From a virus (taxonomy: Duplodnaviria; Caudoviricetes): a stretch of DNA of 64,000 nt. The DNA lies in the IMG/VR virus record IMGVR_UViG_3300032272_000007, positions 1-64,000 of that record. One strand, given 5' to 3'. This document shows, one piece after another, positions 17,739-26,112 of this stretch. Both the position numbers and the translations under genes were made by a program. Under the pieces are notes generated by a model, which made no database searches, was not told the DNA's origin, and was given only the letters and a program-made list of their open reading frames with translations. Position 1 is the stretch's first letter, and each line of letters opens with the position of its first letter.

Positions 17739-18077
17739 CTATTGTTCTAGTAAGTCAGGGGCGACATATCCACAATTACGACAAATTCTCCTTGGAATTA
17801 TATCAATCTCATTATCTACAACAAATAGATGTTTTCCTGTTGAATCCTCTTTGCAATCTGCGTCTCTCATTGCTTCTTTGGGTTTAATTAATTCGCGGAA
17901 CCTTATCACCAACTCTCCTATTAAGAGGTCATAATCTTCGTCTGGTCTAGCTGGAATGTGCATAGTGGGAACTTGGTGTGATTCACTCTTATAAATCTCG
18001 TCCGTAATTTTATCCACCTTCTTAACCAGTTCTTCGTCTGAAAGTGTGCATTTTCTAAAAGTTGCTATTGTATTCAT
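17739..18077 (-). CDS. Hypothetical protein, an apparent in-frame fusion across junction J1, ending DLLEQ
   Basis: Internal ELIKPKEAMRD is J1 plus one extra C. Confidence 0.7.
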   Translation of the reverse strand: MNTIATFRKCTLSDEELVKKVDKITDEIYKSESHQVPTMHIPARPDEDYDLLIGELVIRFRELIKPKEAMRDADCKEDSTGKHLFVVDNEIDIIPRRICRNCGYVAPDLLEQ

Positions 18078-18316
18078 ATCTCTTCTTTTACTGTTTTATT
18101 GTAATCATCCTTGTGGTGGTGAAACACCTTAATTTCTTCGCCTGAGAGGAGATCCCAGAACTTAGAGTAGGACTTCTCTGGTTTAGGAGGGAAGGAGCTA
18201 CCCAGCGTGAGGAACGGACGACCCTTGACGTGTAACTCACCTATGGGGTGGTGCTTGACTACTTCAAAGTAATCTTCTCGGTTATGATCACTCATAATGA
18301 TCGAATTTGATTTCAA
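18074..18316 (-). CDS. Hypothetical protein
   Basis: Coupled ORF. Confidence 0.55.
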   Translation of the reverse strand: MKSNSIIMSDHNREDYFEVVKHHPIGELHVKGRPFLTLGSSFPPKPEKSYSKFWDLLSGEEIKVFHHHKDDYNKTVKEEI

Positions 18317-18584
18317 TTGTGTCGCCCTGCTTGTTGATGTACTTACCCCAGTTCACTGACGGGTCAAACTCGTACACTGAGTAATCTTTACCCTCATCAT
18401 CCGTGAACCATAATGTGTCAGAGGCATTCAAATAGTCTACATCTTGAAATATGACTGATTCCCCTAATTCAAAGCATTCACAAGGGCATGGTTCTGGTTT
18501 TGTTGGCGCCTTGATGGCTGAGTATATGACCATAGCTATAATTATTGCCAGGCACACTAGTAGAATTTTGATATTATCATTCAT
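18288..18584 (-). CDS. Membrane-anchored hypothetical protein
   Basis: N-terminal hydrophobic helix, then PEPCPCEC. Confidence 0.7.
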   Translation of the reverse strand: MNDNIKILLVCLAIIIAMVIYSAIKAPTKPEPCPCECFELGESVIFQDVDYLNASDTLWFTDDEGKDYSVYEFDPSVNWGKYINKQGDTIEIKFDHYE

Positions 18585-19327
18585 ATTTCTTGATTTACTA
18601 GTTTAGTTACATTTATCAAAGCCACGTTCTCTAAATGATTGTGACCTTTAATATGTTGAATCGTTTGTTGTAGAACATCACGATGGAACAGGTCAATGAG
18701 GGACTTGGAATCGTTATCGAATTTCCCTATTAATGGAACACCTTCTGAAAATAGTACCATATAAAGCTCATCATATTGTTCGTTAGATAGTAACTCTTTT
18801 AATCTCAATGTGTATGCCTCAACTTTATCAAATCCACCATTTTTATCAATCAGAATTTGTGCTCTTTTCTTCATCTCTTCCTTTTCATTACTATAATTAC
18901 TGTCATGAAATTCAGATAGGGCCTTTTCGAACCCGCTAATAGACTCTTTTGACCATTTTGATGCGTCCAACACATTGGTTATTGACTTGATGATTTTTTC
19001 AGCCTTTGTTGCAACTGATTTTCGAAGTTTATCAACCTCAGCCTCAACAAGTGTTTTTTTCTCCTCTTCTTGATAGTTAAGCTGATACCTAGCTCTGGCG
19101 ATCATACAGGTTTTAAGGTCAAATTTGATAAGACCTTTATCACCTTTCAGAAAACTACCATCAGATAGTTTCACCCAAAACTCTGATTCATTGGCTTTCA
19201 TTAGGGTTACGGGCTCATCTCCTGCTTGAATCTGAACCGGAGAGATAGCATAGTTGAATGAACTATTAATAAGGGCTGGAGTTAGCCCCTCATCTTGAAG
19301 TGCTTGGGATATTTTTTTGATTTCCAT
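18581..19327 (-). CDS. Hypothetical protein
   Basis: 248-aa helical ORF. Confidence 0.75.
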   Translation of the reverse strand: MEIKKISQALQDEGLTPALINSSFNYAISPVQIQAGDEPVTLMKANESEFWVKLSDGSFLKGDKGLIKFDLKTCMIARARYQLNYQEEEKKTLVEAEVDKLRKSVATKAEKIIKSITNVLDASKWSKESISGFEKALSEFHDSNYSNEKEEMKKRAQILIDKNGGFDKVEAYTLRLKELLSNEQYDELYMVLFSEGVPLIGKFDNDSKSLIDLFHRDVLQQTIQHIKGHNHLENVALINVTKLVNQEI

Positions 19328-19328
19328 G

Positions 19329-19541
19329 TCAATAGGAGGTTAGAATGTCAGTCATTAATTTGATCTTCTTGGTATCGTAACCCACAAGTGCCGCCTGAGC
19401 TTTGTCAATGTTACACTCGATGCAAACGGAGGCTGAACGCTCTCCCCTTAGCCAGTACGGCATAATCTCGGTGGTCGCCTGATCTATGGCATTCTGGAGG
19501 CTCTCCTTGAGAACCTCCAGTGCTGATTTGTTCCTAGGCAT
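19329..19541 (-). CDS. Hypothetical protein
   Basis: Coupled ORF. Confidence 0.55.
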   Translation of the reverse strand: MPRNKSALEVLKESLQNAIDQATTEIMPYWLRGERSASVCIECNIDKAQAALVGYDTKKIKLMTDILTSY

Positions 19542-20283
19542 CTGTAATCACCCTAAATTCAACAACCCACACCCAAGGATTCTCGTCCCATGAGTCATTA
19601 CCGTTGATTGAGTCCCATAAGGATTGGAATGAAGTAGCAGGATTACTAAATGATGTCCAACCAGCATAATTTGTCCATGTGTCGGGGTGTCCTCCAGTTT
19701 TAATTCTCTCAATTCCTTCCCGTTTAGCGTCCTGCCGCGAGATCTCATTCAATCTTTCCACCCTACAATCAATTACATCCAACCTGAGCCTACATAAGTA
19801 CTTAGCCATGTGTATTGATGGCTTCCACTTAACCATATCCCAGTTCCAGTCTTTGGTGTCGAGCTTCATTCCGAGAGTCTGGCCATCGTAGTGATAAGCC
19901 TCCTCTGTGCCATAGGCGATAACCTCAGACTTTCCAAGAAAGTCAGTCACCATGTGACCTGCTTCCGCCCACTTCTCTCTAACCCATAGCGTGTCATCTG
20001 GACGAGCATACCAGTCTGGAAATGCTAGTCCAGCTCCAGCTCCAGTAGTGTGGAGCTGTTTCAATCCTTTACTAGATAATTTTCCAAGGTCTCCAGTAAA
20101 CTCTTCCAATGGCATTGGGAATGTATTGGGGATTGCCTCAGGCTGGGGCTTGATAAGCCTGCGTGTCTGAGTCTTTTGTCCTGAGAGGATAGCCTTGACC
20201 ATCTCAGGTTTGAATAGTATTGGCTTATCCACGTCTCGTGCGTCTGAGGAAATAGATAACCAATGCAGTAACAATGGCAACAA
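19534..20283 (-). CDS. ASCH/PUA-like phage protein
   Basis: PILFKPEMVKAILSGQKTQTRR, LWVRE, WKPSIHM, VERLNEIS, WDENPWVWVVEF. Confidence 0.85.
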   Translation of the reverse strand: MLPLLLHWLSISSDARDVDKPILFKPEMVKAILSGQKTQTRRLIKPQPEAIPNTFPMPLEEFTGDLGKLSSKGLKQLHTTGAGAGLAFPDWYARPDDTLWVREKWAEAGHMVTDFLGKSEVIAYGTEEAYHYDGQTLGMKLDTKDWNWDMVKWKPSIHMAKYLCRLRLDVIDCRVERLNEISRQDAKREGIERIKTGGHPDTWTNYAGWTSFSNPATSFQSLWDSINGNDSWDENPWVWVVEFRVITDA

Positions 20284-20303
20284 GACTCCACTTAAGTGCT
20301 TTC

Positions 20304-20504
20304 TTAGCTCTCATGATTGCCCTCCTTTCCGAATAGTATTACTTGATGGACTGTACCCTTGGCGAATAGCCCTGAATCTATTGTCTTGAGTTCTGATTTG
20401 TTTTTCCCTGTCTTGAGGCCATGAGGGCGCTCATTGTGGGATGTGACCAGAGCCCTATCTTCGGCGCTCATCTTGCTAGTACTTGTTTTCTTGAATAGTT
20501 CCAT
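20304..20504 (-). CDS. Hypothetical protein
   Basis: Preceded by two AACTTCAAAC leaders. Confidence 0.65.
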   Translation of the reverse strand: MELFKKTSTSKMSAEDRALVTSHNERPHGLKTGKNKSELKTIDSGLFAKGTVHQVILFGKEGNHES

Positions 20505-20534
20505 AATGTTTGAAGTTTAGTTTGAAGTTACGTA

Positions 20535-20554
20535 AAGTAAACTAAAGTTTACTT
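20535..20554. promoter_or_regulatory. Operator-like palindrome AAGTAAACT-aa-AGTTTACTT
   Basis: Perfect 9-bp inverted repeat; degenerate copy at 23454..23473 inside the main early promoter. Confidence 0.55.
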
Positions 20555-20772
20555 AAAATCCAAATAATGGGTATTGACTTTATCTGGAACCATCTTTTGG
20601 GCTTCCATTTAGACAAGTATCTTACTCGTACAGTGTTTTTGTCAATTTTCCTTATTACAATGGCCTCACGGATATGTGGGTAACAGAATGCCGGAATTGT
20701 ACGAAATGGAAATGGAAATATGATGTCTCCCTCTTTGTACATTCCAGCTGGACGATAAGTAATTACTTTCAT
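20542..20772 (-). CDS. Small protein, tandem paralog of 20769..21059
   Basis: MKVITY...EGDII...RWFQI...SIPIIWIL. Confidence 0.65.
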   Translation of the reverse strand: MKVITYRPAGMYKEGDIIFPFPFRTIPAFCYPHIREAIVIRKIDKNTVRVRYLSKWKPKRWFQIKSIPIIWILSKL

Positions 20773-21059
20773 ATTTCTGTTATGTTAAAGTTTACTTTTA
20801 GAATCCAAAGAATGGGTATTGAGCTCAATAGCATCATTATCAAAGCAATGATGAAAACGATCATTATCGGCCTGCTCCGCACCCAGTTGATTTGAAACCA
20901 TCGGGAGAGCCTCCACTTGGAGAGTTTCCATACCTTGAGGGTGCAATCATCAACAAATCCAGTGATTACGCCCTTTTGATCCTCCTTATTGAGTCGGTAC
21001 ATTATGATGATCTCCCCTTTATTCCATATTCCTACGGTTGTGTAGCTAATTACTCTCAT
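20769..21059 (-). CDS. Small membrane protein, tandem paralog
   Basis: MRVISY...KGEII...RWFQI...TM helix...SIPILWIL. Confidence 0.65.
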   Translation of the reverse strand: MRVISYTTVGIWNKGEIIIMYRLNKEDQKGVITGFVDDCTLKVWKLSKWRLSRWFQINWVRSRPIMIVFIIALIMMLLSSIPILWILKVNFNITEI

Positions 21060-21247
21060 ATTTCTGTGATGTAAAATTTTGTGACTGGCCACTGACTAGA
21101 ATAATGATCAGCACTCCATATCCTCATCGCTCTGAGTAGTGCCTGCCACTTGGTTGGTGCCTCCACCTGCAATACGGTGGATCTACCCTCTGACTCAACC
21201 TTAGACTCTGACTTGAGCTGAACCGTGTACTTTTTGTTTGTTTCCAT
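21056..21247 (-). CDS. Hypothetical protein
   Basis: METNKKY...FYITEI. Confidence 0.6.
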   Translation of the reverse strand: METNKKYTVQLKSESKVESEGRSTVLQVEAPTKWQALLRAMRIWSADHYSSQWPVTKFYITEI

Positions 21248-21347
21248 AGTGTTAAATTTAACCATTGATCAGGTTGTGGGTGCTTGTTTGAATATAATGC
21301 GTTCGTCTTAGTTAAGCCCTCCCCCAGAGAGGAGGAGGGACAATGAA

Positions 21348-21518
21348 TTAATGATTGAATGCTGCGTAATTGGATTGTCGCTTCTCATACGAGCAATAGG
21401 GCTTACCTGGCTTTACCTTGCCAGTGTGCTTTGACCTGCTTGCTGTTGAGTAACCAGTCCTTGCACAGGATCCTAGAGTGATGATGGCTATCAAAGCCAA
21501 AAAGATTGATCTTTTCAT
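21348..21518 (-). CDS. 56-aa lipoprotein
   Basis: MKRSIFLALIAIITLGS-C lipobox; AACTTCAAAC leader; not in the ORF track. Confidence 0.7.
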   Translation of the reverse strand: MKRSIFLALIAIITLGSCARTGYSTASRSKHTGKVKPGKPYCSYEKRQSNYAAFNH

Positions 21519-21561
21519 AATGTAACGTTTGAAGTTTGAAGTAAAAAAATGGTAGCCCTAC

Positions 21562-21768
21562 TTAGGCTACCGATTGAATCTTGTTGTCGAAGAAGATAGG
21601 AACGTCAATTGCTCTGACGGCCTCATTAAAATCATCCTCAGCTTTCTGCCATTTCTCAGCATTAGCTTGAGAAGGATCTGTCATGAACTGTTGTTCGAGA
21701 TCCTTCATGATTTGCTCCTTAATTTGGAGTTTGCCAGTGTTGGCTTCTATTTGAATTACTGTGTCCAT
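21562..21768 (-). CDS. Hypothetical protein (MDTVIQIE...)
   Basis: AACTTCAAAC leader; followed by hairpin GGTAGCC-CTACTTA-GGCTACC. Confidence 0.65.
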   Translation of the reverse strand: MDTVIQIEANTGKLQIKEQIMKDLEQQFMTDPSQANAEKWQKAEDDFNEAVRAIDVPIFFDNKIQSVA

Positions 21769-21845
21769 AATACTGCGTTTTGTTTGAAGTTGATTGTAAG
21801 ATACACAAACTTTACTAATAAGCAAATTAATGGTACTTTGAGCAT

Positions 21846-21880
21846 AAAAAAAGGACTCCCCACTTTTGGAGAGTCCCCTT
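21846..21880 (-). terminator. Intrinsic terminator after radC
   Basis: GGACTC/GAGTCC-based stem followed by a T7 run on the minus strand. Confidence 0.7.
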
Positions 21881-21933
21881 CATTAAGCACTAGCACCAGC
21901 CAGTCGGCTAGTTTCTTCTGAGAATGTATTGCA

Positions 21934-22386
21934 TTACAGTATCTTGTTTTCTTGTGAGTAGGAGAAGTAACCATCTCTAGTCAAAATTAAATGGTCAAGC
22001 AACTCTATGTCCAGCACTTTACCCGCATCTAGTATTTTTTGGGTCATCACATCATCTTGGTGACTGGATCTTAAATTGCCGCTCGGATGATTGTGCGCTA
22101 GAATTATATTGTGAGCATTCGACTTTAAAGCAGCCTGATAGATGATTTTAGCATCAACAACCGCAGCTGACGTTCCACCCTCGCAAACCTTCACAACTCC
22201 CAGAACGTCATTAGATCGGTTCATGAGTAATAAGTAGACAACTTCCCTGTACTCCATCTCCTGTTCGAAGAATGGTCGGAGTATTTTGACGGCTGATGAG
22301 CTATTTGTTATCCTAAGTCTGTCGGCGGCTTTAACCGTTGTTGAGTAGGTGACTTTCACCTCTGCAACCATTGATAAATCGGTCAT
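21934..22386 (-). CDS. radC: RadC-like JAB-domain protein
   Basis: E...AHNHPSGNLRSSHQD, ELLDHLIL. Confidence 0.92.
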   Translation of the reverse strand: MTDLSMVAEVKVTYSTTVKAADRLRITNSSSAVKILRPFFEQEMEYREVVYLLLMNRSNDVLGVVKVCEGGTSAAVVDAKIIYQAALKSNAHNIILAHNHPSGNLRSSHQDDVMTQKILDAGKVLDIELLDHLILTRDGYFSYSQENKIL

Positions 22387-22646
22387 TCCGCCTGAGCTGA
22401 TGGAACAACAGTGAATAGAAAGATGGACGGCTTATAGGGCTGGCCGTGTAGGTCGCTAACTCCTCTGAGTTGTGACGGCTGTACCTCAACCAGAACTGCC
22501 TTAGTTCCGTGTGATGAGAATTTGTTACACTCTCTTTTGGCATCACTGGTATTGAATATTGCAGCGCTGGATGCAATGTGCACTTTGTAGTCATCCCCAT
22601 TGTAGTGGATCGTTTCGGGTAAACTTGCTCGTTTGAAGGTTTTCAT
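22383..22646 (-). CDS. Hypothetical early protein
   Basis: AACTTCAAAC leader. Confidence 0.7.
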   Translation of the reverse strand: MKTFKRASLPETIHYNGDDYKVHIASSAAIFNTSDAKRECNKFSSHGTKAVLVEVQPSQLRGVSDLHGQPYKPSIFLFTVVPSAQAE

Positions 22647-22733
22647 AATTTGCTAGTGTTTGAAGTTTGAAAAAAAGGGGTCTCAGTCACCGTCATGGCT
22701 TTGCCGTCGTGGTCGAGGCACCCCTAAAAGTCT

Positions 22734-23000
22734 TTAGATTAGTGCTTTTTGATCTGTTGAACAATAGAATAGGTGGAATTGGATATATCTGCACTTCTGG
22801 TTTATGATCATCATCCGAATAATGTTCTCTCGATTGAGATATTCCAGTTTTCTATCCGACCAGTAGAGCCGCATAAACTCTTTTTTGCCCTCTCCGTCCT
22901 TGAATTTGAAGTACTCCATATTATCTTCATCAGCTTCCAGTTTCTCAAAATGGTGCTTGTACATCCGCTTGACATCTCGGTTTAATTCTTTGGTAGTCAT
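22734..23000 (-). CDS. Hypothetical early protein
   Basis: Coupled ORF. Confidence 0.7.
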   Translation of the reverse strand: MTTKELNRDVKRMYKHHFEKLEADEDNMEYFKFKDGEGKKEFMRLYWSDRKLEYLNRENIIRMMIINQKCRYIQFHLFYCSTDQKALI

Positions 23001-23221
23001 ATCAAATCTCCGTTTTGGTCAAAACTACCCATAACCTCCGCCTGAGTGGAGGACAGGATGTTATAGGGATCGTGTAGAACTAGGGTGTTCTTGTGACTAA
23101 GCGAAGAGTTAGCTCTTAACAGAGTCTCGTTGCTAACGCCCATAGGACAGCCGATTGATATTAGATAGTCGATGCATTGACCGATTGTTGGGAATGATTC
23201 TAAATAGTGTATTCCTTTCAT
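22997..23221 (-). CDS. Hypothetical early protein
   Basis: Coupled ORF. Confidence 0.65.
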   Translation of the reverse strand: MKGIHYLESFPTIGQCIDYLISIGCPMGVSNETLLRANSSLSHKNTLVLHDPYNILSSTQAEVMGSFDQNGDLI

Positions 23222-23224
23222 AAT

Positions 23225-23425
23225 TTAGTTGTTTGAGGGTTTGAAATATTTGGCTGCGGAAAATTGCTTTGTAAACACCACCATAGAAGTAGAGCTATCT
23301 GGAAATGAATTGACCAATCGTCTCGCCTCATTTAATGTTAGGCCACGTTCAATAACTTGCCGTCTGTCTGAGATCCGAAAGACTCGGACTACTTTATAGG
23401 TTCCTGTGTATGTTAAATCTTCCAT
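23225..23425 (-). CDS. Hypothetical early protein (first gene of the leftward operon)
   Basis: Directly downstream of a consensus promoter. Confidence 0.7.
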   Translation of the reverse strand: MEDLTYTGTYKVVRVFRISDRRQVIERGLTLNEARRLVNSFPDSSTSMVVFTKQFSAAKYFKPSNN

Positions 23426-23451
23426 AATGCTGTGTTTAGTTTAAAGATACC

Positions 23452-23481
23452 CAAAGATAACATTAGTTTACTTAAAGTCAA
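23452..23481 (-). promoter_or_regulatory. Consensus Bacteroidota sigma70 promoter TTG-N19-TATCTTTG
   Basis: Both elements present with correct spacing. Confidence 0.8.
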
Positions 23482-23753
23482 GTATTATCAAGTTTATTTT
23501 GATTATGTTGGTGAATTCGTCCTAATTGGCTATCATTGGAATTGGTTAGGTTAAATAGATCGGCTTGATAAACCGATCGACATGGAGAGCTCATCACAAA
23601 ATGGTGGGCTCTTTTTTTAAGACACTTTCAATGTAGCGCCATTGAGTATTGACGGTTATTTAGGTAGGTAGCGCCCTCGAAGCATCCTAAATCACCGTCC
23701 AATAAGAAGAGATTGCCAATTTTAAAGACTTCGCTACCTTGGACCCATCGGAT

Positions 23754-24278
23754 TCATTTCGGTGGGTTTTTTCGATTTCGCTTCTTACGCTTCTTAGCCT
23801 GCATCTTTTCGAGCCTTTCACGTTCTGGTCGCCTAAGACCAGTGTCGAAATGAAGCAAGGAGAAAGCATAAGGAGACATAACAGGATTGTAGTTGCAAAT
23901 TCTACTCTCAACTGCATTCTTCAAACATCGAACATAATAGCCTACAATGCTCTTCCCGCTACTCTGAATGCAGTATTTGTCTATCTCATAGGCTTTCTGA
24001 TTCAAAAAAAAAGCAACATTCCCCTTCGCAAGTAATCGCTTCGACGCGATCCTAGAAATATCAACGCTGTAACCAGTATATTCAGTAACCAGATAAACAG
24101 TAAAATAACCCCCATAGTCTTCACAAATAGTGTTTATAGCCAAAAGACATGTCAAATCCGAAACAGTGAAACCATCATATCTCTTCATTGTCTCTGTTAA
24201 TGCCAAACGATGCAAACTACCTATTTCAGCAATCTGAGATGTCCTGGTCTTTCTCCATTCAGGTTTCTTATTCTCCAT
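23754..24278 (-). CDS. Hypothetical protein, possibly winged-helix DNA-binding, with a basic tail
   Basis: 174 aa; MarR-like helical pattern; KKRKKRNRK tail. Confidence 0.6.
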   Translation of the reverse strand: MENKKPEWRKTRTSQIAEIGSLHRLALTETMKRYDGFTVSDLTCLLAINTICEDYGGYFTVYLVTEYTGYSVDISRIASKRLLAKGNVAFFLNQKAYEIDKYCIQSSGKSIVGYYVRCLKNAVESRICNYNPVMSPYAFSLLHFDTGLRRPERERLEKMQAKKRKKRNRKNPPK

Positions 24279-25000
24279 GTGTTTCTTTCTTGTCTGGTCT
24301 AATCAATGGGTTTTCGTTACTACAAACCTACACACACACGCCCAGACACGCATTACAGGCCTCATTTGCAGCTCAATTGGATTGATCATAGAAATGGTGA
24401 GAAGATCCTCGGGGATTGACGCAAGGGAATTGCACTGATCTAAGTTTCATGTACCATCGAGTGTACCATGATGGTCAATTGTAGCGATTAGAGGCTGTTT
24501 AGGGCTATTCTAGGTTAACTTTCTGTTAATGGAGGCTATCAATGCACCCATACAGGCCCATTATAATGGCTGGAATCGGTGACCCCCTACCCCCTAAATG
24601 GATCCGTTTTCCCTTTGGGGAATTGGCAGGGGGATGGTATGTAGAAGCGACAAGTGATCATTTACATTCTCAAAATTTTTTTTCAATATTTTTTTTGGGA
24701 GATTTGGGTTTATGTACTACTGTATACTGAAAGATGAGAATGGTCTGGAGACTAAGATTACCGGGAGGGATGATCGTCCTGATTTGGTTCCTAGTTATTA
24801 TGCTGGTGTCCTGGTGAATAGGACTTGTGAGAAATAGGGTCGAATTCGAATTGATGTTGCGAAAGGGGGTGATGTCGAAGTGTGTGTTTGCCAAATAGGT
24901 CGAATTGTTTATCCTTTGGTTTCTTGGCTGGGGTCCTCTCGCTTTGCTCGGGAAGACGAGCGGGACGTGGATTTGTCGGGTCGAAGTGTATCTTTGAGAA

Positions 25001-25216
25001 ATGATGAACTTTGTAGTTGTTGGATCTAATGCCAGGCCTAGCGAATCCCGGCTATCGCTGGAGGAGCTGCTTACGCTGCCAACGAAAACCATCAAGTTGC
25101 GTCGAAGGAAGCTCAATCGAAAGGCTCTCATGGTGAAATCGTGGGAAAACACCTCCCCGTACTGGCTCAAGTACGAAAGCGCACGTTTGCGCCTCTATGG
25201 TAGATACGAAAATTAG
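25001..25216 (+). CDS. Possible small basic protein
   Basis: Follows a TATCTTTG -7 element at 24989. Confidence 0.35.
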   Translation: MMNFVVVGSNARPSESRLSLEELLTLPTKTIKLRRRKLNRKALMVKSWENTSPYWLKYESARLRLYGRYEN

Positions 25217-25362
25217 CGCCGAAATGAATACCTTTGAGAAATATAAGGTGATCAGGGAGAAATGTTGCGCTTTGTGGAGGTGCACCGAAGCAAAGAATTG
25301 CGGTATAACAAAAAGCGACAGGAGACCGACTCTCCCTGATCATCTTATTAACTTTGAAATTT

Positions 25363-25671
25363 TTATTCTTCATAAATACTCTTGATTTCGGTGACGAACG
25401 GCTCTTCTTTCAATTCACCATCCTCATTAACATGCTTTGGCCTTTCACCTGGCGCGAACGATACATGACCCCTGAACTCGAGAGCTCCGTACTCATACAC
25501 TGAATTGAAGCCGAAAAACGTACATACCCTCTTCGCGTGGGTTTCATAGTCCTCATTCTTCTTGAAAAAGCCGATTTTGATCATCTCTTCAATGTCGAAG
25601 TGCTCTTCCATAAAGTCCTTGAGGAGGGTTTCTTTGTCAGTCATTTCAGGTAGTAAAAAATCTGATACCAC
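25363..25671 (-). CDS. Hypothetical protein
   Basis: Natural composition; probable start at an internal ATG. Confidence 0.65.
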   Translation of the reverse strand: MVSDFLLPEMTDKETLLKDFMEEHFDIEEMIKIGFFKKNEDYETHAKRVCTFFGFNSVYEYGALEFRGHVSFAPGERPKHVNEDGELKEEPFVTEIKSIYEE

Positions 25672-25929
25672 ATTAGATTCTGGTCGAATGTGATTGATAC
25701 TATGTCAATATCGGCCATCTTCTCATCGTTGACAAAATTCAGCACATCAATGGCCTCAAATGCGCGTTGGTCGTATAGTCGTCTCCTTTTCATGATTCAC
25801 CTTCTTTAATTGACTCCAGTCCGCTTGAAATTCTTTGTAAAACTGTTTTTGCCACATCTTCGAGACCGCTGGGGTAAGAGCTCTGGACACCGAAGCCCAG
25901 ATCTCTCATAGTATCAATATTGATTTTTT

Positions 25930-26112
25930 TCATTTTCCCGTCATTTTCTTCTTGAATTCCATCAGCTTGTCAACAGCATCCAGCTCCAGGCTTACTACTG
26001 GAGGGTTGTTGTGGTCATTTACCATTAATTCAATCGAAAACCCAGTAAAATGGGCGTATGCTCCGTCTCCAAGATGGACGGAGTTGGTTTCGTCTCTCAT
26101 TCTTCGAACCAA
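25930..26112 (-). CDS. Hypothetical protein
   Basis: HLGDGAYAHF motif typical of small phage proteins. Confidence 0.6.
   Translation of the reverse strand: MVRRMRDETNSVHLGDGAYAHFTGFSIELMVNDHNNPPVVSLELDAVDKLMEFKKKMTGK

Noticed and set aside
24670-25170. 166-aa minus-strand ORF, and a TAG-interrupted plus-strand frame at 24712-25010
   Set aside because: Unnatural composition in a repeat-rich, atypical region; not supportable as genes.
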